From: Callorhinchus milii
Lineage: Eukaryota
Assembly: GCF_018977255.1 (NCBI RefSeq)
Contig: NW_024704742.1
Span: 58,096,001-58,160,000 of the forward strand
DNA: 64,000 nt
Reading direction: 5' to 3'
Position numbers and translations under genes: made by a program. Shown one piece after another: positions 1-12,333 of this stretch. Position 1 is the stretch's first letter, and every line of letters starts with the position of its first letter. The notes below the pieces were generated by a model. That model was not told the origin of the DNA. It did no database searches and saw nothing but the letters and a program-made list of their open reading frames with translations.

Positions 1-889
1 AACAACAACAATAATAATAAGCTGGGATGTGGACAATAAAAGACGGCACAAATGTCAATATCCAGTGGAGATATTTGAAAACAAGAATATTGAAAGTAAT
101 TCTCTGATGGAGACAGAACTAGCAAAGATAGTCAGGATTCAATGACAAAACCGTAGAATTGTAAATAATAATAATCCTTGTCTTTGATATAGTGCCTTTT
201 CATGTTGTCAAGACGTCTCAAAGTGCATCCCAAGAGTGAAGTGAAGACTGTATTTATCAGCAAACGCAGTAGCCAATTTATGCGTAGCAACATTCTATGA
301 ACAGCTATGAAGTGAATGATCAAATTTTGATCTGGAAGATTGTTGACCAGGATACCTTCTCTTTTCAAATAGTCCCAAAGTGCTGAAGTGTGCAAAAACT
401 GGGTGGAACCAAGGAGGTCAATGAGAGCATTGGTTTTAACCAAATCAAGTCTGTCCTTTGATTTGCCTGAAACTGGATGGTTTTCCTGAACATTGACATG
501 TCCAATGTTGCCTGATGCAGACTCACACATACCATTGTTTGGTTGAACATAGTTAGTGACAATCATATGACTGAATAATCTAGTCCTGTTGCTTTCACAC
601 ATTAACTCCTGGTGCAGTTGCCATGGGGCAAATTGGGGGATGGGACCTATTTGAAAGCAAAGTGCAGTCGCCAACGTAAAACGTTTGAATGTAAATAGCA
701 ATGAAAACGTGTTTTAAGATTGCCCATTGTAAATCTTTGCATCAAGTGTATCATCATATAGCTAAATATCTGTTGAATTGTGAAACTGATCATTAGGCAT
801 TGGAAATCGGTGTGTGTTTCAGTGTTGTGCACAAACAAATCTTCAAATGCCATTTGTAATAAGCTCTCTAAGCTCCAAGACTCTGCCGC

Positions 890-1425
890 TCGTGAACAGA
901 GGAGCAGGAGGAACAGGAGGAGGCCGTTCAGCCCTTTGAGTCTGTTCTGCCATTTAATTAGATCATGACTGATCTGTACCTCAGCTAATCCTTTCAATTC
1001 TAATTTCCCGCTTTTTCCCCATATCCCTTAATACTCTGACCTACCAAAAATCTATCAACTTCACTCTTCAAGGTATGGATGCATCCAGCATCCACGGTCT
1101 CTTGGGAAGAGAATTCCAGATTTCTACCACACTGAGTGAAAAAATGTTGTTTTTTATTCCCCCACCAGAGGAAATAGCTTCTCTGTATCTACCCTATCGA
1201 ATCCCTTTATTATCTTAAATACCTCAATCAAATCACCCCTCAAACTTCTAAACTCAAGGGAATACAATCCAAGTTTACACAGCATTTCCTCGTAAATTAA
1301 TCATTTTAGGCCTGGTAACATTCTGGTGAACCTACGCAGAACCCACTCCAGGGCCAATATATCTTTCCTGAGGTGTGGTGCCCAAAACTGAATGCAGTAC
1401 TACAGATGGGGTCTGACTAACGCTC
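890..1425 (-). mobile_element. Decayed CR1-type LINE, 3' fragment
   Basis: RT C-terminal and 3'UTR sequence resembles the CR1 3' end at 27450-27998. Confidence 0.7.
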
Positions 1426-1429
1426 TATA

Positions 1430-2975
1430 GGAACATAGGAACATAGGAATTAGGAGCAGGAGTATGCTATTTAGCCCCTTGAGCCTGCCCCGTCATTCAA
1501 TAAGATCATGGCTGATCTTCTAACCTAACTCCATCTGCCCGCCTTATCATCACTCCCACCCTCGCTCGCCTCCACTGGCTCCCCATCCCCCAGAGGATTG
1601 ATTTCAAGATACTCATCCTCACCTACAAGGCCATTCACGGCCTCGCTCCCTCCTACCTCTCCAACCTACTATCCCCCTACCTACCTGCCCGTACCCTCCG
1701 TTCCTCTGACTCCGGTCTGCTCCACATCCCCCGCCCCAATCGCCCTACCATCGGTGGTCGGGCCTTCAGTCTCTCAGCCCCGAGGCTCTGGAACTCTATC
1801 CCCCAGTGCCTTCGCCTTGCTTCCTCCCTCTCCTCCTTCAAGGCCGGTCTCAAAACCTTTCTCTTTGACCGAGCCTTCAGCTCCCCTCTCGCCTCTCTTT
1901 CCCCTTCTCGCTCCCTCCCATCCCTCCCCTCACCCTGACCATTTCCCCCTCCTCACTCCCTCCCCTCACCCTGACCATTTCCCCCTGCTCGGGTCATGAC
2001 CCAACTGTGCAGCGCCTTGGGACGTCCTCCTGACGTGAAAGGTGCTTTATAAATGGAATCTTGTTGTTGTTGTTGTTGTTATCCCCATATCCCTTAATCC
2101 TTTTATTCTTTAGAAACCTATCAATCTCAGTCTTGAATATGTTCAAGGATTGAGCAACTGCAGCCTTCTGTAGTGTTTCCTCAACTCTGTTGGAAAGGGC
2201 TGACCCTTAATCTTAAGACTGTGGCCCCTAGTTCTAGATTCTCCTACCAGGGAAACAGTCTCACACTGTCTACTCTGTCAAGCCCTATAAGAACCTTATA
2301 TGTTACTATAAGGTCACCCCTAATTCTTCTATATTCTAGAGAATATAGGCTAGTTTACTCAACCTATCCTCATAGGTCAACCCCCTCATCCCAGGAACTA
2401 ACCTAGTGAATTTATGCTGCACCCCCTCTAAGGCAAGTATGTCCTTTCTTAAATAAGGAGACCAAAACTGCACACAGTATTCTAGGCCCGGTCTCACCAA
2501 GGCCCTATACAGTTGCAGCAAGAATTCCCTGCTCTTGTATTCTAACCCTTTTGCAATAAATGCCAACATGCCATTAGCCTTCCAAGTTGCTTGCTGTACC
2601 TGCATATTAACTTTTTGTGACTGATGTACAAGGACACCCAAATCCCTCTGAACACGAACACTATCTAATCTTTCCCCTTCTAGAAAATAATCTGCTTTTC
2701 TGCTTTTACTACCTAGGTGAATAACTTCAAACTTCCCCACATTATATTCCATCTGCCATCTTCTTGCCCACTCACCTAGCCTATCTATAATCCCTTTGCA
2801 ATTTTTTTGTGTCATCCTTAGAGTTTACTCCACCCTATCTAACCTGCTAGTTACATCGTCAAAAACTCTAAAAGATTTGATAAGCATGACTTTCCTTTTG
2901 TAAAGCCATGTTGACTCTGCCTCATCATATTATGGTCTTCTAAGTACCATCTTCCCTACCACTGATGTCAGACTG
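1430..2975 (-). mobile_element. CR1 LINE 3' part (RT C-terminus + 3'UTR), interrupted by the L2 at 1549-2080
   Basis: ORF 2336-2815 (WQMEYNVGK...RDLGVLV...LEYCVQFWSP); (GTTCCTAT)n tail. Confidence 0.9.
1549..2080 (+). mobile_element. 5'-truncated L2 LINE insertion, left arm only
   Basis: LHWLP...FKIL C-terminal motif, (TTG)n tail, TTATC duplicated at 1544-1548 and 2079-2083. The empty site is visible in the right arm at ~27895. Confidence 0.88.
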
Positions 2976-2979
2976 AAAA

Positions 2980-5803
2980 ATATTGATTTCCTCGCCCTCA
3001 CCAAAACCTGGGTCACCCCAGACGACACCTTCCCACTAGTTGACCCTCCAGGTTACACTTTTCACCAAACCCCATGGCCTAATCATTGTGGCGGTGGTGT
3101 GGCGCTCATCTCCTGGTCCCCCCTAGGCCTTTCCCCTTTCTCCTCTGGAACCTTCCCCTCTTTTGAACACCTTACTTTCTACCACCCCTCCAGGTTTTCC
3201 TTCAAAATCCTCCTTCTTTACTGACCCCCCAAGCCTTCCCCACCTTCCTCTCGGACATCTCCACCCTCCTATCTTCCCTCTCCCTCTGCTCTGCACGCCT
3301 CCTAATCTTAGGCGACTTCAACCTCCACTTCACACCCTCTTGCTCTACCTCTGCTGACTTATCTTCCCTCCTCTCTTCCCTTAATCTCTTCATCCTCATC
3401 CACTCCCCAATACTGTGGCCACTCCTTTGACCTGGTGATCACCCGGGGCCTCACCGTCTCCGACATCACCATCATCGATAAAGCCATCTCGGACCACCAC
3501 TTCATCTCCTTCAGCACCTCCATATCCCTTCCCCTTTCTCAACCCTCCACCATCACATAATGTCCATGGAAAAAAGTTTCCTTCCTGTCCCTCTCCACTG
3601 CCCTGGAGTCATCTGAACTCCCACACCTCTGGCCCTCCCTGACCGATCTCCCCTCCTCACTCTTGTTTTTCCACAACTCCCTCTCCTCCATTCTGGACTC
3701 CCTTGACCACCTCACCTCCCAAACTGCCTCTTACTCCTGTAAATCCCTCTGGTACACCAGCCACCTCCATTTCTTCAAGGCACAAGTGCGAGCTGCTGAA
3801 CGCGCCTGGACCAAATCCAAACTATGGTTCATCAGCAGATTTGGCTTCACCATACCAAGACCTACCGCTGCGCTCTTTCCTCCACCAAATCCTCCTTCTA
3901 CTCCAAGGTTATCTTGGAGGCAAAGGACAACCCCAGGCTTCTCTTTTCCACCACAAACCGTCTCCTCCGTCCACCTTGCCACGCCTCGCCCATCCTCTCC
4001 TCAAACTCCAACTGTGAGGAGATGCTTGACTTCCTTGAATCCAAAATTGAGGGGATACATTCAGCCACCTCAGCCCCGTCCACCATCACCCCACATTACC
4101 TCTCCCTCATGACCAACACCCCACCCATCCCCCTATACTCCTTCGACCCTATCTCTACCTCCTCCCTCTCTGCGATTGTTCTCTAACTCAAACCCACCAC
4201 CTGCTCCCTCGATCCCATCCTCATCTCTCTCCTCATCTCCCAGCTCCACCTTCTGACCCCTCTACTGTCCAACGTCATCAACCTCTCCTTGTCCACCGGT
4301 TCAGTTCCCACCCCCCTAAAAACAGCCGTCATCACTCCCATCCAGAAAAAACCTTCCCTGGACCCATCCCTCCTCTCCAGCTACTGCCCCATCTCTAACC
4401 TCCCATTCCTCTCCAAGGTCCTGGAACGAGTTGTCGCGTCCCAGCTCTGCTCCTTTCTTTCTCGCCATTCCCTCTTTGAACCCCTCCATTCCGGCTTTTG
4501 CGCTGCCCATAGCACGGAAACAGCCCAGGTCAAAGTAACAATGACATTCTGAACATCTGAGATCAGAGCTCCCTCTGCCTCCTTGTCCTCCTCAACCTCT
4601 CTGCCACCTTCGACACTGTTGACCACTCCATCCTTATACACCTCCTCTCCTCTTGACTTAATCTTCGCGGACCTGCCCTTGCCTGTTTCGATTCCTATCT
4701 CTCTCACAGTCTCCACTTTGTTGCCTCTAACGGTTTCTCCTCCAGACCCCGCACTGTCATGTCTGGTGTCCCCCCAGGGCTCTGTCCTTGGCCCTCTCCT
4801 CTTTAATCTCTACATGCTCCCCCATGGTGACATCATCCGCAGACACGGGGTCAACTTCCATATCTTTCTGCCTCCACCCTCAACTCCAGGACCACTGCTG
4901 TCCTGACAGACTGTCTGTCGGACATCAAGTGCTGGATGAGGGCAAATTTCCTACAGTTGAATGTGAACAAGACTGAGGCCCTCCTGATTGGCTCACGCCA
5001 GCGCCTCAGCACTTCAGGCTCTGGCAGCATCAACCTCCATGGTTTCTCACTACAACTCACCAAGCCAGTCAGGAACCTAGGTTCAACCCTCAACTGTCTT
5101 TTCTTCCCCACATCCAAGCCATGATCCACTCTGCCTTCCCTCACCTCCGTAACATTGCCTGACTCTGCCACTACCTCACCCCTCTGGCCACTGAAACTCT
5201 TGTTCATGCCTTCATCACCTCCAGGCCCGACGATGCAAACGCCCTGCTTGTTGGCCTTCCCAACTCCTCCCTCCACAGGCTGCAGATAATCCAGATCTCT
5301 GCAGCCCGTGTCCTCTCCCGCACCAAACTCTGTGACCCCATCTCCCTCATCCTTACCCAACTCCACTGGCTCCCTACCCTTCAGAGGATTCAGTTCAAGG
5401 TCATGGTCCTCACCTACAAAGTTCTCCATGGCCTCACCCCACCCTACCTCTGCAACCTCCTAACCCCCTACCAACCCGCCTGCTCCCTCCGCTCAGCCGT
5501 CTCCAGCCTGCTCCACGTCCCCTGGCCCACCTGCCCCACCATTGGCGGGAGAGTTTTCAGTCACTCTGCCCCCAACCTCTGGAACTCCATCCCCGAATCA
5601 CTCTGCCTCTCCACCTCCTTAGCCTCCTTCAAGTCTCGCTTCAAAACCCTCCTCTTTCACCTTGTCATCAGCCACCCCCCTTCCCCTCCCCCCCGTTCTA
5701 CCCCCCTGACCCCATCTCGGGTCTGAAATGCTGTACACTGTCCAGCGCCTTGGGAATGTGAAAGGCGCAGTACAAATGTAATCTTGTTGTTGTTGTTGTT
5801 GTT
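2980..5803 (+). mobile_element. L2 LINE, decayed ORF2 (endonuclease + RT)
   Basis: Frameshifted motifs PISNLPFLSKVLE, HSTETA and [11 protein letters not shown]; (TTG)n tail. Confidence 0.92.
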
Positions 5804-7050
5804 ATCTATGGCTCCTCACCTTCTCTCTCCCACCCTTCTTAAATAGTGGTGTTACGTTTACGATCTTACAATCAATGGGAACCGTTCCAGAATCCAGAGA
5901 ATTTTGGAAGATCAAAAATGAGGTATCCACTATCTCAGCAGCCATTTAAAACCCTATGATGTAGGCCATCAGGTCCAGGAGATTTGTCATTTTTCAATTC
6001 CAACAGTTTCTCTCGTACTAATTCTTTACTGATGTTAATTTCCCGAAGTTGCTCACTAACATTAGCTTTTTGGATCCCCTCTATTTTTGGTAAGTTTTCC
6101 ATGTCTTCTAATGTGAAGACAGCAGCAAAGTATTTGTTTAATGCCATATCTTTGTCCCCCATTATAATTCCTCCTGTCTCTGCCTGTAATGGATTCACAT
6201 TCACGTTTGCTAGTCTCTTCCTCTTTATGTATTTGTAAAAACTCTTGCAGTCTGTCTTTATGTTCCTCACTAGTTTGCCCTCATAATCCATTTTCTCCCT
6301 CCTAATCATTTTCTTAGTTTTTCTTTGTTGGTCTCTGAAGCCCTCCCAATCCTCTGGTTTACTACTATTTTTGGCAGTACTATAGGTCTCTTTTAATTTT
6401 ATACTTTCCCTAAATGCCCTTGTTAGCCATGGTTGAACCGCTTTTCCCGTGATATTTTTATTCCTCAAGAGAATATGTAATCGCTGGGAATTATGTACTA
6501 TATCTTTAAAGATTTGCCATATCCTTTAATCTAATTCCCCAGTCTATTTTAGCTAAATCTTCTCTGATACCTGCAAAGTTGGCTCTATTTAAATTTAAGA
6601 CCTTTGCTTCAGACTTAACTACATCACTCTCTAACTTAATGTTAAATTCCATCATATTATGGATACTCTGCCCCAGAGGAGCCTTGACTTCCAGATTGCT
6701 CATTAACCATATATCCCCTTACCTGCCTGATTATCAGTTACTCTGTCCTGTCCCTCACTAATAACATAATCTATACGTTCCCTGAGCCTTAGGGGAGTAA
6801 CTGGCTCCAGGATGAAACTGTCGAGGAAGCTCCCCCTTTCCCTAATACTGCGCAATGTCTGCACCTCAGATTCCAGCTCAGCTACTCTGCTCAGCGGAGC
6901 TTCCTCAGTTGCAGACACTTGCTGTAGATGAAGTCGCCCGGGCTCAGGCTGCCCTCCATCAGCTCCCACATACCGCAGTCCTCGCACATCACCTGCCATG
7001 CCATCCTCCTCTCTCTCTCATTCTGGATTTTAGGGATTTTTAAAAAAAAT
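5804..7050 (-). mobile_element. CR1 LINE 5' part (ORF1 N-terminus, ORF2 pieces) with a 1.1-kb internal deletion
   Basis: KSPGPDGLH motif (ORF 5935-6468) and coiled-coil-like ORF1 N-terminus. Confidence 0.85.
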
Positions 7051-7067
7051 GTAAGTTTTTTTTAAAA

Positions 7068-7181
7068 GATGACGACCCTATCGCGCATATGGACAAATTA
7101 AAACAAGTGCTGCAGCCGCTGACCACTGCAGGCTTTAAAATAAATTTACGTAAAACCCAGAAAGGAAGATTCTAAGTGGAA
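7068..7181 (+). mobile_element. Short LTR-retroelement/retroviral RT fragment
   Basis: Translates to DDDPIAHMDKLKQVLQPLTTAGFKINLRKTQKGRF*VE, the pattern that follows YxDD in LTR-type RTs. Confidence 0.55.
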
Positions 7182-7240
7182 GATTCTACGTTTTCCAGGT
7201 TAAGTACGACGTCACGCTGATGTGCTTGTCGTTCTTTTAC

Positions 7241-7400
7241 AGCTCCCCCTCTCCACCCCGCTCTGGCCCAGCTCCGCCCTGCTCCGGCCCAGCTCCGACC
7301 CGCTCCGGCCCAGCTCCGACCCGCTCCGGCCCCGCTCCGGTCCCGCTCTGGCCCAGCCCCGCCCCGCTCTGGCCCAGCTCCGCCCCACTCTGGCACAGCT
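7241..7400. repeat. GC-rich 20-bp minisatellite (~8 units)
   Basis: Unit approximately GCTCTGGCCCAGCTCCGCCC. Confidence 0.9.
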
Positions 7401-7414
7401 CCATCCTCCGTCTC

Positions 7415-10400
7415 CTGTACAGCTGAAGCCTCATTTCTTCCCTTTGTATTCGAGGCCCTGTGAGATAACGGCTAACATTCCATTCGCCTTTTTGATCACT
7501 ATTTGCACCTGGGAACTAGTTTTTAGTGATATGTGGATATGGACATCCAAACCTCTTTGCTCCTCCACAGTTCTTAATTTCTCCCCATTAAGAAAATATT
7601 CTGCTTTATCTTTTTCTGGTCCATGGATGACCTCATATTTCTCTACATTGAACTCCATCTGCCACAGCTTTGCCCACTCACTTAATCTGTCCAAGTCCCT
7701 TTGTAACTTCCTACTCCCATCTACACAACTTACTGAGCCTCCTGCAAACTTGGGTATAAAACTTTCTATTCCTTCATCCAAGTCATTTATATGTATGGTG
7801 AATAGCTGGGGTCCCAGTACAGACCCCTGGGGGTCACCACTTGTCATGTCCCGCCAATCAGAGAACGTTTTCTTTATCCCTACTTTCTGTTTCCTGCCTC
7901 CCAAACAATTTCCAAGCCACGTCAAAAGGTTACCTCCGACTCCATGTGCTTCCATCTTCACTGATAATCTTTTGTGTGGAACCTTATCAAATGCCTTCTG
8001 AAAGTCCATATAAACAACATCAACAGACACTCTCTTAGCCACCATTTTAATGACCTCCTCAAAAAGTTTAACTAGATTAGTCAGACACGACCTACCCTTC
8101 ACAAACCCATGCTGACTCTCTTTGACTAGCTCATACCTGTCCAAGTGTTCAGTTACTCTGTTCCTGATGATGGATTCCAGTATTTTCCCTGCAACTGATA
8201 TTAATCTGACAGATCTATAGTTTCCTGGTTTCTCCCTCCCTCCCAGAGGATCAATTTCAAGATCCTCATCCTCACCTACAAGGCCATTCACGGCCTTGTT
8301 CCCTCCTACCTCTCTGACCTACTATCCCCTACCTACCTGCCCGTACCCTCCGTTCCTCTGGCTCCGGTCTGCTCCACATCCCCCGCCCCAACCGCCTTAC
8401 AATTGGTGGCCGGGCCTTCAGCCTCTCAGCCCCTACGCTCTGGAACTCTATCCCTCAGTGCCTTCGCCGCCTCCTCCCTTTCCTCCTTCAAGGCCGGTCT
8501 CAAGACCTTTCTCTTTGAATGAGCCTTCAGCTCCTCTCTCGACTCTCTACCCCCTCCTCGCTCCCTCCCTTCCCTCCCCTCACCCTGACCATTTCCCCCC
8601 TCCTCGCTCCCTCCCTTCCCTCCCCTCACCATTTCCCCCCCAATGCTCGGGTCCTGACCCAACTGTACAGTGCCTTGGGACGTCCTCCCGACGTGAAAGG
8701 CGCTCTATAAATGGAATCTTATTGTTGTTGTTGTAAAAATAAAGGAGTGACATTCACGATTTTTCAACCTTAAGGCACAATTCCCAAATCTAGTGAGCTT
8801 TGGAAAATTATGCTGAATGCATCAGCAATTTCCTCTCCTATTTCCTTTAACACCCTGGGGTGGAAACTATCAGGTCCTGGAGATTTGTCTATCTTGAGTC
8901 CCATTACTTTCTCCATTACCATTGTTTTATTTATATTAATTTTATTAAGCATTTCTCTTTGACGTATTTTTAGGTTCCCCTGAAGAGCTGATATTTTGTC
9001 CTCAACCTCTACTGTAAAAATGGTAACAAAGTATTTATTTAACAAGTCAGCCATTTCCTTAAATGGTAGCAGAGTACTTATTTAATAAGTCAGCCACTTC
9101 TATTATAGCCTCAACTCTAATGGAGCCACATTCCCCTTGACCTTTCACTTTCTTTTAATATATTTATTGATTAAAAGCATTTACTATTGGTTTTAATATC
9201 CCTTGCAAGTTTTTTTCATACTCCCTTTTTGCTCCTCTTATTACATTCTTTGTATCCATTTGTTGCCTTTTGTAATTCTCCCGGTCCTCTGCATTCCCAC
9301 TTTTTCTTGCATTTGAGTAAGCCTTTTCGTTTAGCTTGATACAGTTTTTAACTTCTTTTGTCCACCGTGGTTGCTTAACTATATGATTGGAGCTTTTGCA
9401 TTTTAGGGGTATGTATTTGTTCTGTATTGTATCAAATACTTTTTTGAATACTCCCATTGTTCATCTGCAGATTTACCCACTAACAGTTCAGCTCAGTTTA
9501 CTGTGGTCAATACATTTCTCATTCCATCGTAGTTTGCCTTCCTTAAATTTAAAACCTTGGTTTGGGATTCTCCCTTTTCCTTCTCAGACCCAATGTCAAT
9601 TCAATCATATTATGATCACTTTTTGCAAGATGTTCCTTTACTGTCAAATTGTTAACTAGTTCTGGCTCATTACTCATCACCAAATCCAGTATGGCTTGTT
9701 CCCTCCACTAAAGCATATTGCTCCAAAAAACTATGCTAAATACATTCTAGAAATGTGTTGCCTTTACTACCCGGAGGTGTCCTGCTTCTCCCAGTTATGT
9801 GAAAATTAAAATCTCTCATTATAACCACATTGCTTTTGCTACTTGCTTCCCTGATCTCCGATTTATACATTTCCCCACTACATCACAACTCTCTGGAAGT
9901 CTGTAGACTACTCCCAACAGAATTTTACCTCCTTTGCTGTTTCTTAATTCTAAACACAGTGTTTCCACTACCTGTTCGTCCTTATTGAAAGCTTTCCTTC
10001 CCTCTGCTGTAACAGTGTCTTTTATGAATATTGCTGCTCCACCTCCTTTCCCAATGACCCTGTCTTTTCTAAAGATCTTAGAGTCTGGAATATTTGCCTC
10101 TGTGCCCTGACGATGTTCTTCTCAAACTTTTTGACTTGTTATTTACACCTTTTGCCTTTTTCTTTCCTGAGTATTTACGTTATCTTTATCACTATTTGTA
10201 TTCTGACCGTTGCTCTCATCCTCGCTTTGCCTATATTTTGGTTTCCACCTGACCTGCCCCTCCACCTCCCCCCCCCCCCCCACCGCCCCTTACTGGTTTA
10301 AAGCTTTTTCTACTGTCATATTTGTCCATTTTGCTAGTACCTTGGTCCCAACCCTGTTCAGGTGCAGCCCATCCCAGCAGTACAGCTCATTCCTGTCCCA

Positions 10401-11530
10401 GTACTGGTGCCAGTGTCCCATGAAATGGAATCCCTCCTTCTCACACCACACTTTCAGCCACACATTAATTTCCCTGATCTAATTATCCCTATGCCAATTT
10501 GTACGTGGCTCAGGTAGCAATCCGGAGATTACTACCTTTGAGGTCCTGTTTTTTAATTTAATCCCTAGCTCTTTATACTCCCTTAGCAGGACCTCCTTCT
10601 TGCTCTTTCCTATATCATTAATTCCCGCATGGATAACAACTGTTTTTTTCCCCTCCTTTTCCAAGTTCCTTTCCAACTGCTTTGAACTATCCCTTACCCT
10701 GGCACCGAGAAGACAATACACTCTCCTGGACTCTTGATCTCGACTGCAGAGGATACCCTCGATCCCCTTAATTATTTCATCCCCTATAACTACAATGTTT
10801 CTATTCTGCTCCTCCCCTGCTTGCACTGCCTTCTGCTCTGTGGTGCTTTGTATTCAGTATATTCAAAATAGTATATATAAAAGTATTCAGAGCTCCTTCC
10901 CCACAGATTTCTCCCTCATCCAATTTAACAAATACATTGTACCTGTTGGAGAGGACCAGTGCCTCCTTCTCTGTCTCTACTAAGTAAATGCTACCCTGCT
11001 GGTTATCAATCTCACACTCCTCTTCCTTACCTCTCTATGTGGTGTGGCTATGTTCTGAAGTAAACTGTCCAAATATTCCTCCTCCTCCTTTATGTGTCGG
11101 AGTGTTCTCTAACACTTACTTCAGGTCAAAAATGCTGAGCCGGAGTCGACTCAAGACACGTGCACTTCTCACAGATGTGAGCATCAGGGACAGTCTTACT
11201 GTCCACAAATTCACACATACTGCAGCTTTAACACACTACCTGTGTTGCCACTATCCCTTTCTAGCTTCTACTCCACTTAACATTTAGGATTATTTATATA
11301 TATTTTTTAAATTTACGAGGTTTTACCTTTGCCATTTATTTGTTTTTAGTTATTTTCCCTTCAATCTATTTTACCCTTAACAATTTGAGGGTAAATAGGT
11401 AAACAAGTAATTTCACACCTTTTGCGCCCCATGTCTAGACCAAGTGAAACTCCCGTTTTCTACGCCTGACTTCACTTTCCGATCTCTCGCAGGCCCCAAA
11501 ATGGCTCCTGCACTGAGCTATCTCACTGGT
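7415..11530 (-). mobile_element. CR1 LINE (ORF1 esterase, ORF2 APE/RT), interrupted by the L2 at 8243-8733; left copy keeps the 5' end
   Basis: ORF1 motifs VVIGD/GARV/IHAGIND; RT motifs QHGFVKGRSCLTNL, DFQKAFDKVPH and PQGSVLGP. Confidence 0.88.
8243..8733 (+). mobile_element. 5'-truncated L2 LINE
   Basis: Very similar to 1549-2080; (TTG)n tail. Confidence 0.88.
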
Positions 11531-11967
11531 TCTGTTCCTCCTTTACAAGGACACACCCAAAAAAACAAAATAATAATAAATTGGTCATTTTCAATCCATA
11601 TGACTGGTTGTGGGACATTGCTGTGCGCAATTGGCTGCCGCGTTCGCTCACAAATATACAGTCAATTCACTTTACAGTGTGTTCTGTGAAGCGCTTTGGG
11701 ACATCCTCCCGACGTGAAAAGTGCTATATCAAATGCAAGGATTATTATTATTATTATCAAAACAAGTTCTCACCTGCACCTGGTTCCCACTCTCACCAAA
11801 TTCTTTAACAGAATTCTCACTCTATTCCACCTCACTCAGTTCCCTCCTCACGCTGCTGGGCTCTCTGCTCAAGGCGCATGAAGGGCGCTATATAAATGCA
11901 AGTTGCTGCTGTCGTATCTTTTTTAACACTAAAGTTTTTTTTGAATGAAAACAATTTAAATTCTTAC

Positions 11968-12333
11968 CTGAGTGACAATAGTAGAGATGTACCTGTCAGT
12001 GCTGTACTCCCAGCCATCCACACAGGGCTCAGTCTCACGTGTTGTGGCATTTAAAGCATCTGTTGCAGGAGTTTTGTATCTTCTACATCGACTGTAGATC
12101 ATCTCACCATCCACCTCCTCTACAGGCAGCAGTGAACTCAGATTAGCTTCTCCAGTGGTTCCGTTCAGAGAGTCAGGCAGACGGCAGTGGTGCTGAGGGG
12201 TGTCTGCCAGAAACACCATGGACAGACCCACATAGCCATTAGGGATAACTGAAACACTCAACAAAAAGAACACAGTTTTCTGGAAGGCTCCCCAATCTCC
12301 CAGGAAAGCGATGGCTTCATCATAGTCTTGCAT
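11968..12333 (-). CDS. SLC22A4/SLC22A5 (OCTN)-like organic cation/carnitine transporter, coding exon 1 (122 aa); later exons not in window
   Basis: MQDYDEAIAFLGDWGAFQKTVFFLLSVSVIPNGY...EPCVDGWEYSTDRYISTIVTQ|gtaaga matches the OCTN N-terminus (TM1 and Cys-containing loop) and ends at the usual exon-1 boundary. Paralog identity is uncertain. Confidence 0.92.

Larger units (their letters stand above)
1443..10861. repeat. Left arm of large inverted duplication
   Basis: Reverse complement of 18178-27998. The ORF track shows mirrored near-identical peptides, e.g. 4289+/25393-, 5935-/23477+, 10479-/18213+. Confidence 0.97.

Noticed and set aside
132..997. ORFs of 189 and 116 aa as possible SLC22 downstream exons
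   Set aside because: No SLC22 motifs; they overlap SINE/CR1 remnants.
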